A DNA stretch of 49,552 bases from Thaumarchaeota archaeon UBA141. Its GTDB lineage: Archaea > Thermoproteota > Nitrososphaeria > Nitrososphaerales > UBA141. Within the stretch, counting starts at the first letter, position 1. Each line of letters begins with the position of its first letter. The notes beneath the pieces were generated by a model. It was not told the DNA's origin, ran no database searches, and was given only the letters and a program-made list of their open reading frames with translations. The position numbers and the translations under genes are program-made. The stretch is taken from positions 1 through 49,552 of the forward strand of contig DAEN01000040.1 in the NCBI GenBank assembly GCA_002495315.1, read 5' to 3'. Below, one piece after another: positions 36,812 to 46,262 of this stretch.

Positions 36812-37402
36812 TTGGATGAAGACGATCTGTTTGGACGATGGAGAAAGCGCCGACCATTTTTTCCAGATTTCTTCCCGAACATCGAGAGAACAATGAGGGA
36901 ATTCGATAAAGCATTTGAAGAGATGACGAAGGACCTGCAGAAAACAGTCCCAAAAAACCTTGTGAATGAGAAACAACTACCAGGAGGAGGCCGCTCCAAG
37001 CATATGGGTCCATTTGTGTACGGCTATTCTGTTCACATCGGACCGGATGGTAGACCCATAGTTCGGCACTTTGGAAATGTACGCGCTACATCTAGAGGTA
37101 AATCTGGCCTTGAGATTAGTGATCAACGAGAACCACTAATAGACGTGGTTGACGAAGGAGGCGCGATTCGAGTAGTCGCAGAAGTGCCTGGAGTAGATAA
37201 AAGACAAATTCATCTTGAATGTACGAAAGACTCACTAACTATATCTGTGAATTCTTCTAGCAAATATTACAAGACTCTAGACTTACCATCGACAGTCAAA
37301 CCCACCTCTGCGAAAGCCTCTTACCGGAATGGTACCCTTGAGGTTCGCATTCAGAAAATAACTCCTACACAGCCTGACGGACACCAGATTTCAATAGAAT
37401 AA
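36812..37402 (+). CDS. hsp20: Small heat shock protein Hsp20 (archaeal type)
   Basis: 'GPFVYGYSVHIGPDGRP...FGN', 'REPLIDV', 'AEVPGV' and 'YRNGTLEV'. Confidence 0.93.
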   Translation: MDEDDLFGRWRKRRPFFPDFFPNIERTMREFDKAFEEMTKDLQKTVPKNLVNEKQLPGGGRSKHMGPFVYGYSVHIGPDGRPIVRHFGNVRATSRGKSGLEISDQREPLIDVVDEGGAIRVVAEVPGVDKRQIHLECTKDSLTISVNSSSKYYKTLDLPSTVKPTSAKASYRNGTLEVRIQKITPTQPDGHQISIE

Positions 37403-37471
37403 AGCAGCAGAATAAATCAAATCCCGTAATTTTGAATACTTAAGAACAACAGCTCTAGGTCTTTTCTAGAA

Positions 37472-38932
37472 TTGCCATATAAAGATCTTCGGGAATTTCT
37501 ATCTAGACTTGAAGATCAAGGAGAGCTACTCATAGTCAAGAGCGAAGTGAACTGGGATCTCGAGATCGGGGCTATCCTCAGAAGAGCTACGGATTTGGGC
37601 GAGGATTGGCCCGCAGTTCAGTTCGATCAGATCAAAGATTATGGAGAAGGTCATAGCCTTGTTGCGAATACTCTCTCCAATTTCCGTCGTTATGCTCTGG
37701 CACTTGATTTACCCAAAGACACACCTCCATTAGAGATGGTTCATGAATACAAAGAGCGATTAAGATATCCAATCTCACCTAGACTTGTGAACGAAGGACC
37801 TTGTCAGGAAAATATTATTACCGGTGAGCAGGTGGATCTGTACAAATTCCCTACTCCAAAATGGAATATCCGAGATGGCGGCAAATATTTTGGGACTTCT
37901 TGTTGTGCAATAACAAAAGACCCTGAGACCGGATGGACTAACGTAGCCGTCTATCGAAATATTATTCACGATAAACAACACCTGGGCATCTTTATCGGTA
38001 AAACTAAACACGCTATGGTGATGTCCCAGAAGCATAAGCAACAGAACAAGCCAATGCCTATAGCGATAACAGTCGGTCAAGATCCAATTAATCTTATTGC
38101 AGGATATCACAACGCAGAAGCAGAGGAATCAGAATGGGAGATTGCTGGTGGACTCCGAAAAGCTCCAGTAGAACTAGTAAAATGTGAAACTATTGATCTC
38201 GAGGTTCCTGCCACTGCTGAAATAGTGATCGAAGGAGAATGGCTTCTTAACGAGCTCAGGGAAGAGGGGCCATATGGAGAATATTCTGGATACTATGGCG
38301 GGGAACGTGCAGCAAGACCAGTTATTCGTGTAAAGGCCATAACTCATCGCAATAACGCTATTCACACGGGCAGCATCCTGGGCAAGCCTATTACTGAGAC
38401 ACATGTTATGTCAGCTATTGGTCACAGTGCAAAACTAGAACAAGTACTCAAAGATCAGCTAAAGCTAGAAATAAAATCCGTCTATAGTCATCCATGGACT
38501 ATTGGTCATGCAGTTTTTGTATCGGCTCGACGAGATATTCTAGGTTTAGGGAAACGCATAGCACACGCTGTCTGGGGTAGTCGCATTGGATATAGAAAGG
38601 ATTACGTAATTATTGTTGGGGAAGACATTGATGTTACAAACTTGGGAGAGGTATTCTGGGCCATAACTTCTAGATGCAAACCGGACAGGGATATTGTGAT
38701 CTCTCCAAACGAACCGGCGTCTCATCTACTTACCTCTCTTACACCTGAGGATAGACGACTTGGAAAGGGGGCGCATGTGGTTATGGAGGCCACTTTTCCG
38801 GCAGACTGGCCAACAGAATGGGTACCAAAGGTGTGCGATTGGGGACACATCCCAGACGAAATTAAGACGCTTGTAAAACAGCGGTGGCGCGAGTATGGCT
38901 TTAGGGAACCACCGCCGAGCCAATCAAATTAG
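37472..38932 (+). CDS. UbiD-family (prFMN-dependent) decarboxylase
   Basis: 'DLREFL', 'NVAVYR', 'VPATAEIVIEG', 'EGPYGEY' and 'DIDV'. Confidence 0.92.
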   Translation: MPYKDLREFLSRLEDQGELLIVKSEVNWDLEIGAILRRATDLGEDWPAVQFDQIKDYGEGHSLVANTLSNFRRYALALDLPKDTPPLEMVHEYKERLRYPISPRLVNEGPCQENIITGEQVDLYKFPTPKWNIRDGGKYFGTSCCAITKDPETGWTNVAVYRNIIHDKQHLGIFIGKTKHAMVMSQKHKQQNKPMPIAITVGQDPINLIAGYHNAEAEESEWEIAGGLRKAPVELVKCETIDLEVPATAEIVIEGEWLLNELREEGPYGEYSGYYGGERAARPVIRVKAITHRNNAIHTGSILGKPITETHVMSAIGHSAKLEQVLKDQLKLEIKSVYSHPWTIGHAVFVSARRDILGLGKRIAHAVWGSRIGYRKDYVIIVGEDIDVTNLGEVFWAITSRCKPDRDIVISPNEPASHLLTSLTPEDRRLGKGAHVVMEATFPADWPTEWVPKVCDWGHIPDEIKTLVKQRWREYGFREPPPSQSN

Positions 38933-38949
38933 TAACTAGCAAAACAATA

Positions 38950-39270
38950 CTATCGAATAGACTTCATCATCCAATCATTTCCGATCTTATAGGCAATAAC
39001 TGGACGCGCACCATATTTTCTTCCAAGTCTTCTCAACTCTTTTCTTTCTTCATCCGAGATATCATTGAGTCTCTTTGAGACCTGAATGAAACTTACTGCC
39101 CCTTTTCTAACTGCAATAAGATCGACGGGTTTTATGTTTGCACTGGGCATTCCACCAGCAGATCCTTGACATCTAATACAGAACCATCCTTCTCTGATTA
39201 GTTTGTAACGTAACGAATGTTCCCTGGCGCGTCCGAGGACATATGACGGTGTTTTGGTCATTATGATCAC
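38950..39270 (-). CDS. Hjc-like (archaeal Holliday junction resolvase fold) PD-(D/E)XK protein, divergent
   Basis: 'G...E..L...L...GW.C.R..GS', 'PVDLIAVR' and 'FIQVS'. Confidence 0.7.
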   Translation of the reverse strand: MIIMTKTPSYVLGRAREHSLRYKLIREGWFCIRCQGSAGGMPSANIKPVDLIAVRKGAVSFIQVSKRLNDISDEERKELRRLGRKYGARPVIAYKIGNDWMMKSIR

Positions 39271-39329
39271 AAAATAACTGGGTTCTTCCTTTCAGAATGT
39301 TTTCTATAATTCATTTCTTACCGTAAGAG

Positions 39330-40175
39330 CTATCTAGCAAGAGATCTGATTTTGGCAATATTCGCGATATCATCTCTGCGACTATCAATAGGGGTTTCAA
39401 GAATCATTGGAACTGCTCGGATTCTGTCATCTCTAAGAAGTTCTCTAAAGCCCTCTTCCCCAATTCTACCCATTCCAATGTGCTCGTGCTTATCAATACC
39501 AGATCCTAGAGGACTACAGGAATCATTAAGGTGTAATATCGCCAACTTCTCAAATCCAAGGACCTTTTGGAATTCGTCAAGCGTCTTTCTAATTGCATTC
39601 CTATTCCTTAGATCATAACCTCTAGCAAAAGCATGACAGGTATCTAGACAAATTCCTACGCGATCTTTATTCGTTAGCTGATCCAGGATCTGTTGTAGCT
39701 CTTCAAACGTTGCTCCCATGCTGTTCTTTTGACCAGCTGTATTCTCCATTACAAGCATGACGTCGTTTTCTACAGCTCCGAGAGCTCGATTAATTGCTGA
39801 GACAAGTCTTTTCAAACCTACATCCATTCCTTCTCCCAGGTGACTCCCTGGATGAAAGACCAAATAGGGAATTGATAGACGTTCACATCGATGAAGCTCT
39901 GCTATCAAACTCGCAATAGATTTCTCATAGAAATCAGATTTGGGAGAGGATAAATTCGGAAGATATGGCAGATGAACAACTCCGTGAGCGATCTGATATT
40001 CTGTCGTCTTTCTCCTAAACTCTTTTACGCTTTGTTCTTCCAGTTCGGCAAAAGCCCAACCCCGCGGATTCCTAGTAAAAATCTGAAACACATCACATTC
40101 TTTTTCTTTCGCGCGATCTAAAGCTTTGTCGACCGAACCAGCTATGGAAACATGAATACCAACCTTTAGGTTCAA
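39330..40175 (-). CDS. nfo: Endonuclease IV (AP endonuclease)
   Basis: 'GIHVSIAG', 'FHPG', 'ENTAG', 'DTCH', 'HLND', 'DKHEH' and 'ETP'. Confidence 0.95.
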   Translation of the reverse strand: MNLKVGIHVSIAGSVDKALDRAKEKECDVFQIFTRNPRGWAFAELEEQSVKEFRRKTTEYQIAHGVVHLPYLPNLSSPKSDFYEKSIASLIAELHRCERLSIPYLVFHPGSHLGEGMDVGLKRLVSAINRALGAVENDVMLVMENTAGQKNSMGATFEELQQILDQLTNKDRVGICLDTCHAFARGYDLRNRNAIRKTLDEFQKVLGFEKLAILHLNDSCSPLGSGIDKHEHIGMGRIGEEGFRELLRDDRIRAVPMILETPIDSRRDDIANIAKIRSLAR

Positions 40176-40220
40176 AACATATCCCTCAAAACTATCTCAG
40201 AATCTCATTTATCATTTAGG

Positions 40221-40325
40221 TGCCGGGAGGGGGTTTCGAACCCCCGACCTCCAGATTATGAGTGACGCCTTCTTTGTGGAGGCTGGCGCTCTAACCAGGC
40301 TGAGCTTTCGGCTAGATATCCCGGC
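40221..40325 (-). tRNA. tRNA-Met(CAT), elongator, with two introns (11 nt at 8/9; 19 nt at 30/31)
   Basis: Acceptor stem GCCGGGA/TCCCGGC-A, D arm GCTC..GAGC, anticodon arm CCAGA-CTCATAA-TCTGG and T arm GGGGG-TTCGAAA-CCCCC after removing 40307-40317 and 40264-40282. The mature length is 75 nt. Confidence 0.9.
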
Positions 40326-40401
40326 CCCTTCCCGACATTATAGAATAGATACAGAAGATAATTTAAGTGAATCAACACCATCAAAAGTATAACGCAAGTA
40401 C

Positions 40402-41217
40402 CTAACTCACTACGCGGACGAGCTTTGCCACACGATCCGATGGGCCAATCCTTACCACGTCATCTAACTTTATTCGGATACCTCGAATGTTTGTAGTAAG
40501 GCCATAAAGACGAGCATCTCCCCATCTGACAAGCTTAATTTCAATCTTAGCTCCATAACGCACCGTGTATCGAAGCGGTTGATGAGGATCTACATGGCCA
40601 GGAACATCGTTCTTTCTGCGCTGAGTAAAAGTTGGAAGAATATGACAAATTCCTATCTCTTCTTCACGAATCCGCGAAAACTTCTTCGTATCTAACTTTT
40701 TGGTACTAAGTAGCTTATCTAACGCAGAATAGTAACCAGTAGATCCAAGGGAAGTAGTTATGATTACACCGTTACTAATACTATAATCTATGAATGAAAA
40801 ATCTCTATCAGATACTATTACCTTGTAGCGCAAACAATTACTATCAAGACCTCGCTCCAAGTACATATCCGTGAAAATATGACCTTTTTTTTGACCAGCT
40901 GAAACTCGAAGTCCCTTTTTCTCTTCGATTTTGTATTTACGTTCAGCGAGTTTCTCAAGGGTGACAGGAAGCTCACTAAGATACGTTTCAGCCATGTACG
41001 CCTTACTCCCTACCGCGTTTCTATTACCAACTCCTACCAAAAGAAGCGGTATCTTCAGAAGACGTAGATAATAATTGAAAACACCGTCTCCACCGACTAC
41101 TACTGCAAAGTCAGGCTTATGGGTTGAATATTCAATTCCCGCCTTCGAAAGAATCTGTATAATTTTAGTGACGTCTATTTTAGAACCACGGGGATCGAGT
41201 TTCGCACAGGCCTTCAG
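40402..41217 (-). CDS. NAD kinase-family protein (divergent), extended upstream of the ORF track call
   Basis: The open frame upstream of 41040 encodes 'PDFAVVVGGDG'. Downstream are 'GVIITTSLGSTGY' (TxxGSTxY) and an NE/D-like 'TDMYL'. The only plausible in-frame start is CTG at 41217. Confidence 0.72.
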   Translation of the reverse strand: MKACAKLDPRGSKIDVTKIIQILSKAGIEYSTHKPDFAVVVGGDGVFNYYLRLLKIPLLLVGVGNRNAVGSKAYMAETYLSELPVTLEKLAERKYKIEEKKGLRVSAGQKKGHIFTDMYLERGLDSNCLRYKVIVSDRDFSFIDYSISNGVIITTSLGSTGYYSALDKLLSTKKLDTKKFSRIREEEIGICHILPTFTQRRKNDVPGHVDPHQPLRYTVRYGAKIEIKLVRWGDARLYGLTTNIRGIRIKLDDVVRIGPSDRVAKLVRVVS

Positions 41218-41363
41218 TTTTCATTCACACTCCAACATCAAAGAAAAATAATTCAACAAATCAAACTTTTACACGTTAGTAACGCTGAATACCAAGACAG
41301 TGTTGTGCTAATGGACTAATAAAAAAATACTTAATCAGGATTTATACCATTGTGGCAGATCGT

Positions 41364-41711
41364 CTACTTGTACCGTTGTCGGAATTCCTCCAGCTCCATC
41401 ATCTCCTTGAGTTTTTGAAAATAGAGACCCGTGGCAAAGGGCATTAAAGGAAGATTTCGATCTATTGCTTTGATAACATACGGTACTACTCGTCTAGAAG
41501 CTTTGAACTCGAACTTTAACGTTATAACTGGGTCGCGGATTACAGCAATGCTTTCTCGAAGCGCATCTGGAGAAATAGTCTTGGCGTCTGCTTCTACAGC
41601 TTGATACCATCTAGCAAGGATTTCTGGATCTAACCCATTCTTAATTTCCTCTATAGCCCCAATTAATTTTTCAAGAGTCCTTACTTCTATATCACTAGAC
41701 AAAAATATCAT
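41364..41711 (-). CDS. Hypothetical protein
   Basis: 115-aa ORF with normal globular composition filling the intergenic gap. Confidence 0.6.
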   Translation of the reverse strand: MIFLSSDIEVRTLEKLIGAIEEIKNGLDPEILARWYQAVEADAKTISPDALRESIAVIRDPVITLKFEFKASRRVVPYVIKAIDRNLPLMPFATGLYFQKLKEMMELEEFRQRYK

Positions 41712-42030
41712 CTACCATATCATACAGTTGATGTCAGATCCGAAGGAATCTTTCTCGGGATGTCTTCGAGCTCTGGTCTCTCAATACCAATGCCCACATT
41801 CTTCACCGCGGTTGGGTACAAGAGTTAGTCATGTTTTCAAGAGTGTAAACTCAAGATAACGCTAATGTAACTATGAGAATCATTTCGCGAGTGACACTCC
41901 TTTGAAATTATAGACTTGGATTTTTCATGTTTGGAGCTTAGGTATTATTTTCTAGCTCAGATCGCATTACAACAGTTTGAACGAAGCCTTAAATTGAATT
42001 CCACGAAGTAACAATGTTGGGAGTTCCCGG

Positions 42031-44421
42031 ATGACGGAAGTTCAGGAAATTTTTAGAGAACCAGCAGAAACAACAGGATTTAAGATAATTGGAAAGTCTG
42101 TTATCAGGGTAGACTCTATAGAGAAAGTTACTGGCCAGACGATCTATGGGTTTGATTTTGAGTTACCAAGAATGTTACACGCAAAGCTCAAACGTAGCCA
42201 TTTAGCACACGCTAAAATAATTTCTATTGATACTCAACAAGCCGAACAACTTCTAGGCGTTCGAGCTGTACTTACCCATAGAGATCTCCCCAATATTCTT
42301 CGTGGAGTAGCAATCAAGGATACTCCTATACTAGCATCAGATCGCGTACGCTATGTTGGAGACCCAATAGCAGCGGTAGCAGCTGATACAATAGAAATCG
42401 CTGAAGAAGCACTGGAACTAATCGAAGTGGAATACCAAGAGCTCCCCGCTGTCTTAGATCCCGAAGAAGCGCTATCCGAAAACCCACCAGTTATAATTCA
42501 TCCAGATCTCCATAACTACAAGGCCGCAGCACTACATCCTGCTAGAGCGGTTTCACACCTACCAAATGCCTCTAACCTCTTCCAAGTTAGAAAAGGAAAC
42601 GTAGAGGCGGGTTTCCATGAAGCAGATTTTGTTATCGAAAATCGTTACACCTCACACATGGCTCACCATTTCCATTTAGAACCAAACGTATCAGTCGCTA
42701 AAGTGGAAAGAAATGATCAGGTAACGATTTGGGAATCCACACAATGCCCTTATCAATTGAGACAGGAGATCTCTGAAGCTCTTCAAATCCCGACTGACAG
42801 AATTAGAGTTGTCGGTCCACATGTTGGCGGCGCATTTGGCAATAAGACTACGACTCATGTAGGCCCAATTACTGTCGCTCTTGCCAAAAGAACTGGTCGA
42901 CCCGTACGACTTGGTTTGACCCGAGAAGAGACCTTCTCAACAACCCATGTACGGCATCCTTTCGTGATCTACATCAAAGACGGCGTCAAGAGTGACGGGA
43001 CCGTCATAGCCAGAGAAATGAAGGTAATCTTGAACGGAGGTGCCTATTCAGGCGGCTTTGGCAACAATGTTACTAGATCATGCGTCACTGGAGCAACGAT
43101 CTATGACATTGCTTCCTTCAAATTTGAGGCGTATCGGGTTTATACAAATCAGGTACAAGGAGGAGCGTTTAGAGGATTTGGTGCTGGTCAGGTTAGCTGG
43201 GCCGTTGAGGTTCAGATGGACAAGATAGCTGAGAAATTGGGCTTAGACCCACTTGAAATAAGGATGAAAAATCTTCTCCAAGAGGGAGATGTCAACGCGC
43301 TAGGAGAAAGAGTCTACCCTGTGGACTACAAAGGGCTGCTAAAAGAGGTTGGACTGACATTGGGGATGCAAAGAGGGGTCGGAAGCACACGTAACGGCCC
43401 TTGGTTGCAAGGCAAAGGTATAGCTATAGCACACAAATGGAGTCTAGCCCCAACTGCATCGTCTGCCTACGTCAAGTTAACTGATGAAGGGTCAGCAGAG
43501 GTTTGGACGAGCACAATCGATATGGGAACTGGCGCCCATACAATTTTGTCTCAAATTACAGCTGAGACTCTTAACCTAGCATTGGATAAAGTGAAAGTAG
43601 TGATGCCAGATACTATTCTGACACCATTTGCCGACGGAGGGTTCTCCACAAGACAGACGTATAACGACGGGAATGCTGTTCGATTAGCAGCTTTGGATTT
43701 AAGAGAACAGATCCTTGCGAAGGCTGCTCTCAAGATAGGTGCAAGAGCCGAGGACTTGGAGCTTCAGGGTGGTGAAGTCTACCACAAGGAAAAACCAAAT
43801 CAAAGAGTCGCCCTTAGAGATTTGTTCGTTTGGAGCAAAACTAGGAGTGGGGGTTTCATGCCTGGACAGGATATTTTTGGTAGAGCAACCTGGCAACAAG
43901 AGGTGGGATCTTTAGACCCTGAAACTGGACAATGCTCCACAGAGCGTGCAGCCTCATTTTATGATGCAGTGGCTACCGGGGTAGAGCTCGAAGTAAATGA
44001 AGAAACAGGACAAATAAGAGTTCTAAAGATGATCCTGGGGACAGAGCCTGGCAGAGCTATTAATCCAAAGCTCTTGGAAGGACAGATAGAAGGAGGCGCC
44101 TATTTGGGCTACACTACAAGTCTCTACGAAGAACTTGTGTTGGAAAACGGTACAATAATGAATCCTGACTTGAAAGACTATAAGATCGCAGGTTCTCTTG
44201 ATGTTCCGGCTCTGAAGACCATAATACTGGAGACTCCCTTCAACGACGGTCCTTATGGAGCCAAAGGAGTTGGGGAAGGAGGCGTTATATCGCCATCTCC
44301 AGCTATTGGCAACGCCGTCTTCGACGCCGTTGGCATTCGATTCCATGATTTACCTATAACTGCGGAAAAGATTATGAAGGAAATTCCGATCCGGGCCATT
44401 GGGAGGCCTACACAAACCTAA
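42031..44421 (+). CDS. Xanthine dehydrogenase-family molybdopterin-binding large subunit
   Basis: 'VGGAFGNK', 'GAFRGFG', 'QIEGG' and 'AKGVGE'. It lacks the AYXCSFR motif of form I CO dehydrogenase. Confidence 0.93.
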   Translation: MTEVQEIFREPAETTGFKIIGKSVIRVDSIEKVTGQTIYGFDFELPRMLHAKLKRSHLAHAKIISIDTQQAEQLLGVRAVLTHRDLPNILRGVAIKDTPILASDRVRYVGDPIAAVAADTIEIAEEALELIEVEYQELPAVLDPEEALSENPPVIIHPDLHNYKAAALHPARAVSHLPNASNLFQVRKGNVEAGFHEADFVIENRYTSHMAHHFHLEPNVSVAKVERNDQVTIWESTQCPYQLRQEISEALQIPTDRIRVVGPHVGGAFGNKTTTHVGPITVALAKRTGRPVRLGLTREETFSTTHVRHPFVIYIKDGVKSDGTVIAREMKVILNGGAYSGGFGNNVTRSCVTGATIYDIASFKFEAYRVYTNQVQGGAFRGFGAGQVSWAVEVQMDKIAEKLGLDPLEIRMKNLLQEGDVNALGERVYPVDYKGLLKEVGLTLGMQRGVGSTRNGPWLQGKGIAIAHKWSLAPTASSAYVKLTDEGSAEVWTSTIDMGTGAHTILSQITAETLNLALDKVKVVMPDTILTPFADGGFSTRQTYNDGNAVRLAALDLREQILAKAALKIGARAEDLELQGGEVYHKEKPNQRVALRDLFVWSKTRSGGFMPGQDIFGRATWQQEVGSLDPETGQCSTERAASFYDAVATGVELEVNEETGQIRVLKMILGTEPGRAINPKLLEGQIEGGAYLGYTTSLYEELVLENGTIMNPDLKDYKIAGSLDVPALKTIILETPFNDGPYGAKGVGEGGVISPSPAIGNAVFDAVGIRFHDLPITAEKIMKEIPIRAIGRPTQT

Positions 44422-44464
44422 ATCTTTTCGTTTTTCCTGGATATCTAGGCGGTAATGTTAGGCA

Positions 44465-45631
44465 TTGAAGACAGACATTCTAATTATAGGTGGTGGCCTA
44501 GTAGGGCTATCAATCGCTTTCCACTTAGCCCGGTTTAGCACAAAAAAAATACTCGTCATCGATAGAACGAAATTAAACTACGGCTCGAGTACGAGGAATG
44601 CTAGTCATTTTCGCGTTCACTTCGGTGCTCCTGAAAACACACGTTTTGCAATAGAGGCCGTTAAGAGACTGAATGCCCTACCTTCTCTAACAGGATGGAA
44701 TCCCATTGCTGCCCGTGATGGATATGTGTGGCTCATCTATCATGAAGAGCAATGGAAGTCCTTTGAGAAAGCAAATCGAATGTGGGAAAGTCTTGGGGTT
44801 TCTGGGGACTTGTTAGAAAGAGAGGAGGTAACGCGACGGTGGCCCTATCTTAACATGGATGGAATTATTGGTGGTTTCTACGGACCACAAAATGGACGAG
44901 GGCATCATGACTCAATAGCTTATGGTTTCTATCACGCAGCTTCTAGACTCGGCGTGAAGTTCCTTGAAAATACAGAGGTAATACGGATGAACGTTTCAGG
45001 ATCTAAGATGAGGGGAGTAGATACAACTGCTACTTCACCCATTGAAGCAGAGACCGTGGTAGTAGCAGGGGGAGCATATACTGGGACGGTGATGAAAATG
45101 GCTGGGCTAAATGTCCCTGTAGAGCCCGAGCGCAGAGAAATCTGTGTAAGCGAGCCTGTGAAGTTTTTTTTGAAACCACTTACCATCAGTATGAAAGACG
45201 GTTTCTATGCAGGACAGATGGTTAGAGGAGAGATCGTGATGAGCATGGGCCTAAATCCCACAAAAGAATTTTCGCCTTTAGAAAATCGGATTGAATGGCT
45301 AAGAGCTATGTCACTTGCTGGAGTAAAGCTTATTCCAAGTTTCAGGAATCTCCGGATACTTCGTACTTGGTCTGGCTACTATGATATGTCTCCTGATCAC
45401 AGTCAGATCATGGGTCGTGATCCGGCATGGCCTGAAGGACTTTTTGTTGCAAGTGGGTTCAGCGGTCACGGCTTCATGATGTCAACCTTCTCAGGAGAGC
45501 TGATGGCAAAACATATTCTCAAAAACCAAACACCTGATCTGATGAAACCTTTCTTACCTACACGTTTCAATGAAGGAAAGCTGATAAACGAAGCGTTGGT
45601 CATGTCACGCGTTCAAGAAGTAAATGAGTAG
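44465..45631 (+). CDS. FAD-dependent oxidoreductase, DAO family (sarcosine oxidase beta / proline dehydrogenase beta-like)
   Basis: 'IIGGGLVG', 'GSSTRNA', 'WSGYYDMSPD' and 'GFSGHGFM'. Confidence 0.9.
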   Translation: MKTDILIIGGGLVGLSIAFHLARFSTKKILVIDRTKLNYGSSTRNASHFRVHFGAPENTRFAIEAVKRLNALPSLTGWNPIAARDGYVWLIYHEEQWKSFEKANRMWESLGVSGDLLEREEVTRRWPYLNMDGIIGGFYGPQNGRGHHDSIAYGFYHAASRLGVKFLENTEVIRMNVSGSKMRGVDTTATSPIEAETVVVAGGAYTGTVMKMAGLNVPVEPERREICVSEPVKFFLKPLTISMKDGFYAGQMVRGEIVMSMGLNPTKEFSPLENRIEWLRAMSLAGVKLIPSFRNLRILRTWSGYYDMSPDHSQIMGRDPAWPEGLFVASGFSGHGFMMSTFSGELMAKHILKNQTPDLMKPFLPTRFNEGKLINEALVMSRVQEVNE

Positions 45632-45765
45632 GACACAGAACCAGCTAAATCATATGACAATTTGGAATGCTTAATGATTTCTGTTAGTTTTTTGATTATT
45701 AAACACTCATCATGAATATTAAATAATTAATAATATTTATCAAGAAGTTTTACCAACTTGGTAAC

Positions 45766-46179
45766 ATGACATCAATAATTAGCATGTCTATGAATCATGA
45801 CTTGCTCCAGAAAATCGATGCCCTAGTACGCGAACGAAGCTACTCAAGCCGGTCAGAAGCCATCAGGGATGCCATTCGTTCTTATCTTTCAGATCACGAG
45901 CTAAATGAGCTACATTCAGGAAACGTAACTGCAACTATTACTGCTATTTCTGGCCAGAAGAACCACATAGTTGACGAGCGATTAACGCGATTGAGACACG
46001 ACTTCGACGAGATTGTTACCGGTAACTTTCACATACACTTGGCAGAGCCCTTCTGCGTTGAGATTTTTATTACCGAAGGACCAACGCATGAGGTTCTAAG
46101 CTTTGTTGCAAAAATCAAGGCTATGCGAGGTATCCAACAAGTCAGATATACCTTAGTACCTATAGACAAAAAATCCTGA
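45766..46179 (+). CDS. nikR: NikR-like ribbon-helix-helix metal-responsive regulator
   Basis: RHH 'ISMSM...SSRSEAIRDAIR' and metal site 'H...HIH.....C'. Confidence 0.82.
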   Translation: MTSIISMSMNHDLLQKIDALVRERSYSSRSEAIRDAIRSYLSDHELNELHSGNVTATITAISGQKNHIVDERLTRLRHDFDEIVTGNFHIHLAEPFCVEIFITEGPTHEVLSFVAKIKAMRGIQQVRYTLVPIDKKS

Positions 46180-46262
46180 AAGACTGCATAGACAGATACT
46201 GTTCGTCAATTTAGCTAATACACAGTCGCACAAATTCTAGCCGCATATGTCAAAGTACTCAA

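Noticed and set aside
40221-40325. tRNA-Ile2(CAT) or initiator tRNA; tRNA as an integration site
   Set aside because: The G1-C72 GCCGGGA acceptor stem fits elongator Met better, since the initiator has A1-U72 and three G-C pairs in the anticodon stem. No integrase or duplicated 3' end was seen nearby.
41712-42030. Hidden gene or ncRNA in the 320-bp gap before the Mo-hydroxylase large subunit
   Set aside because: Only short frames and no convincing structure; probably divergent promoters.
42031-44421. Aerobic form I CO dehydrogenase (coxL)
   Set aside because: The active-site loop is GAFRGFG, not AYXCSFR.
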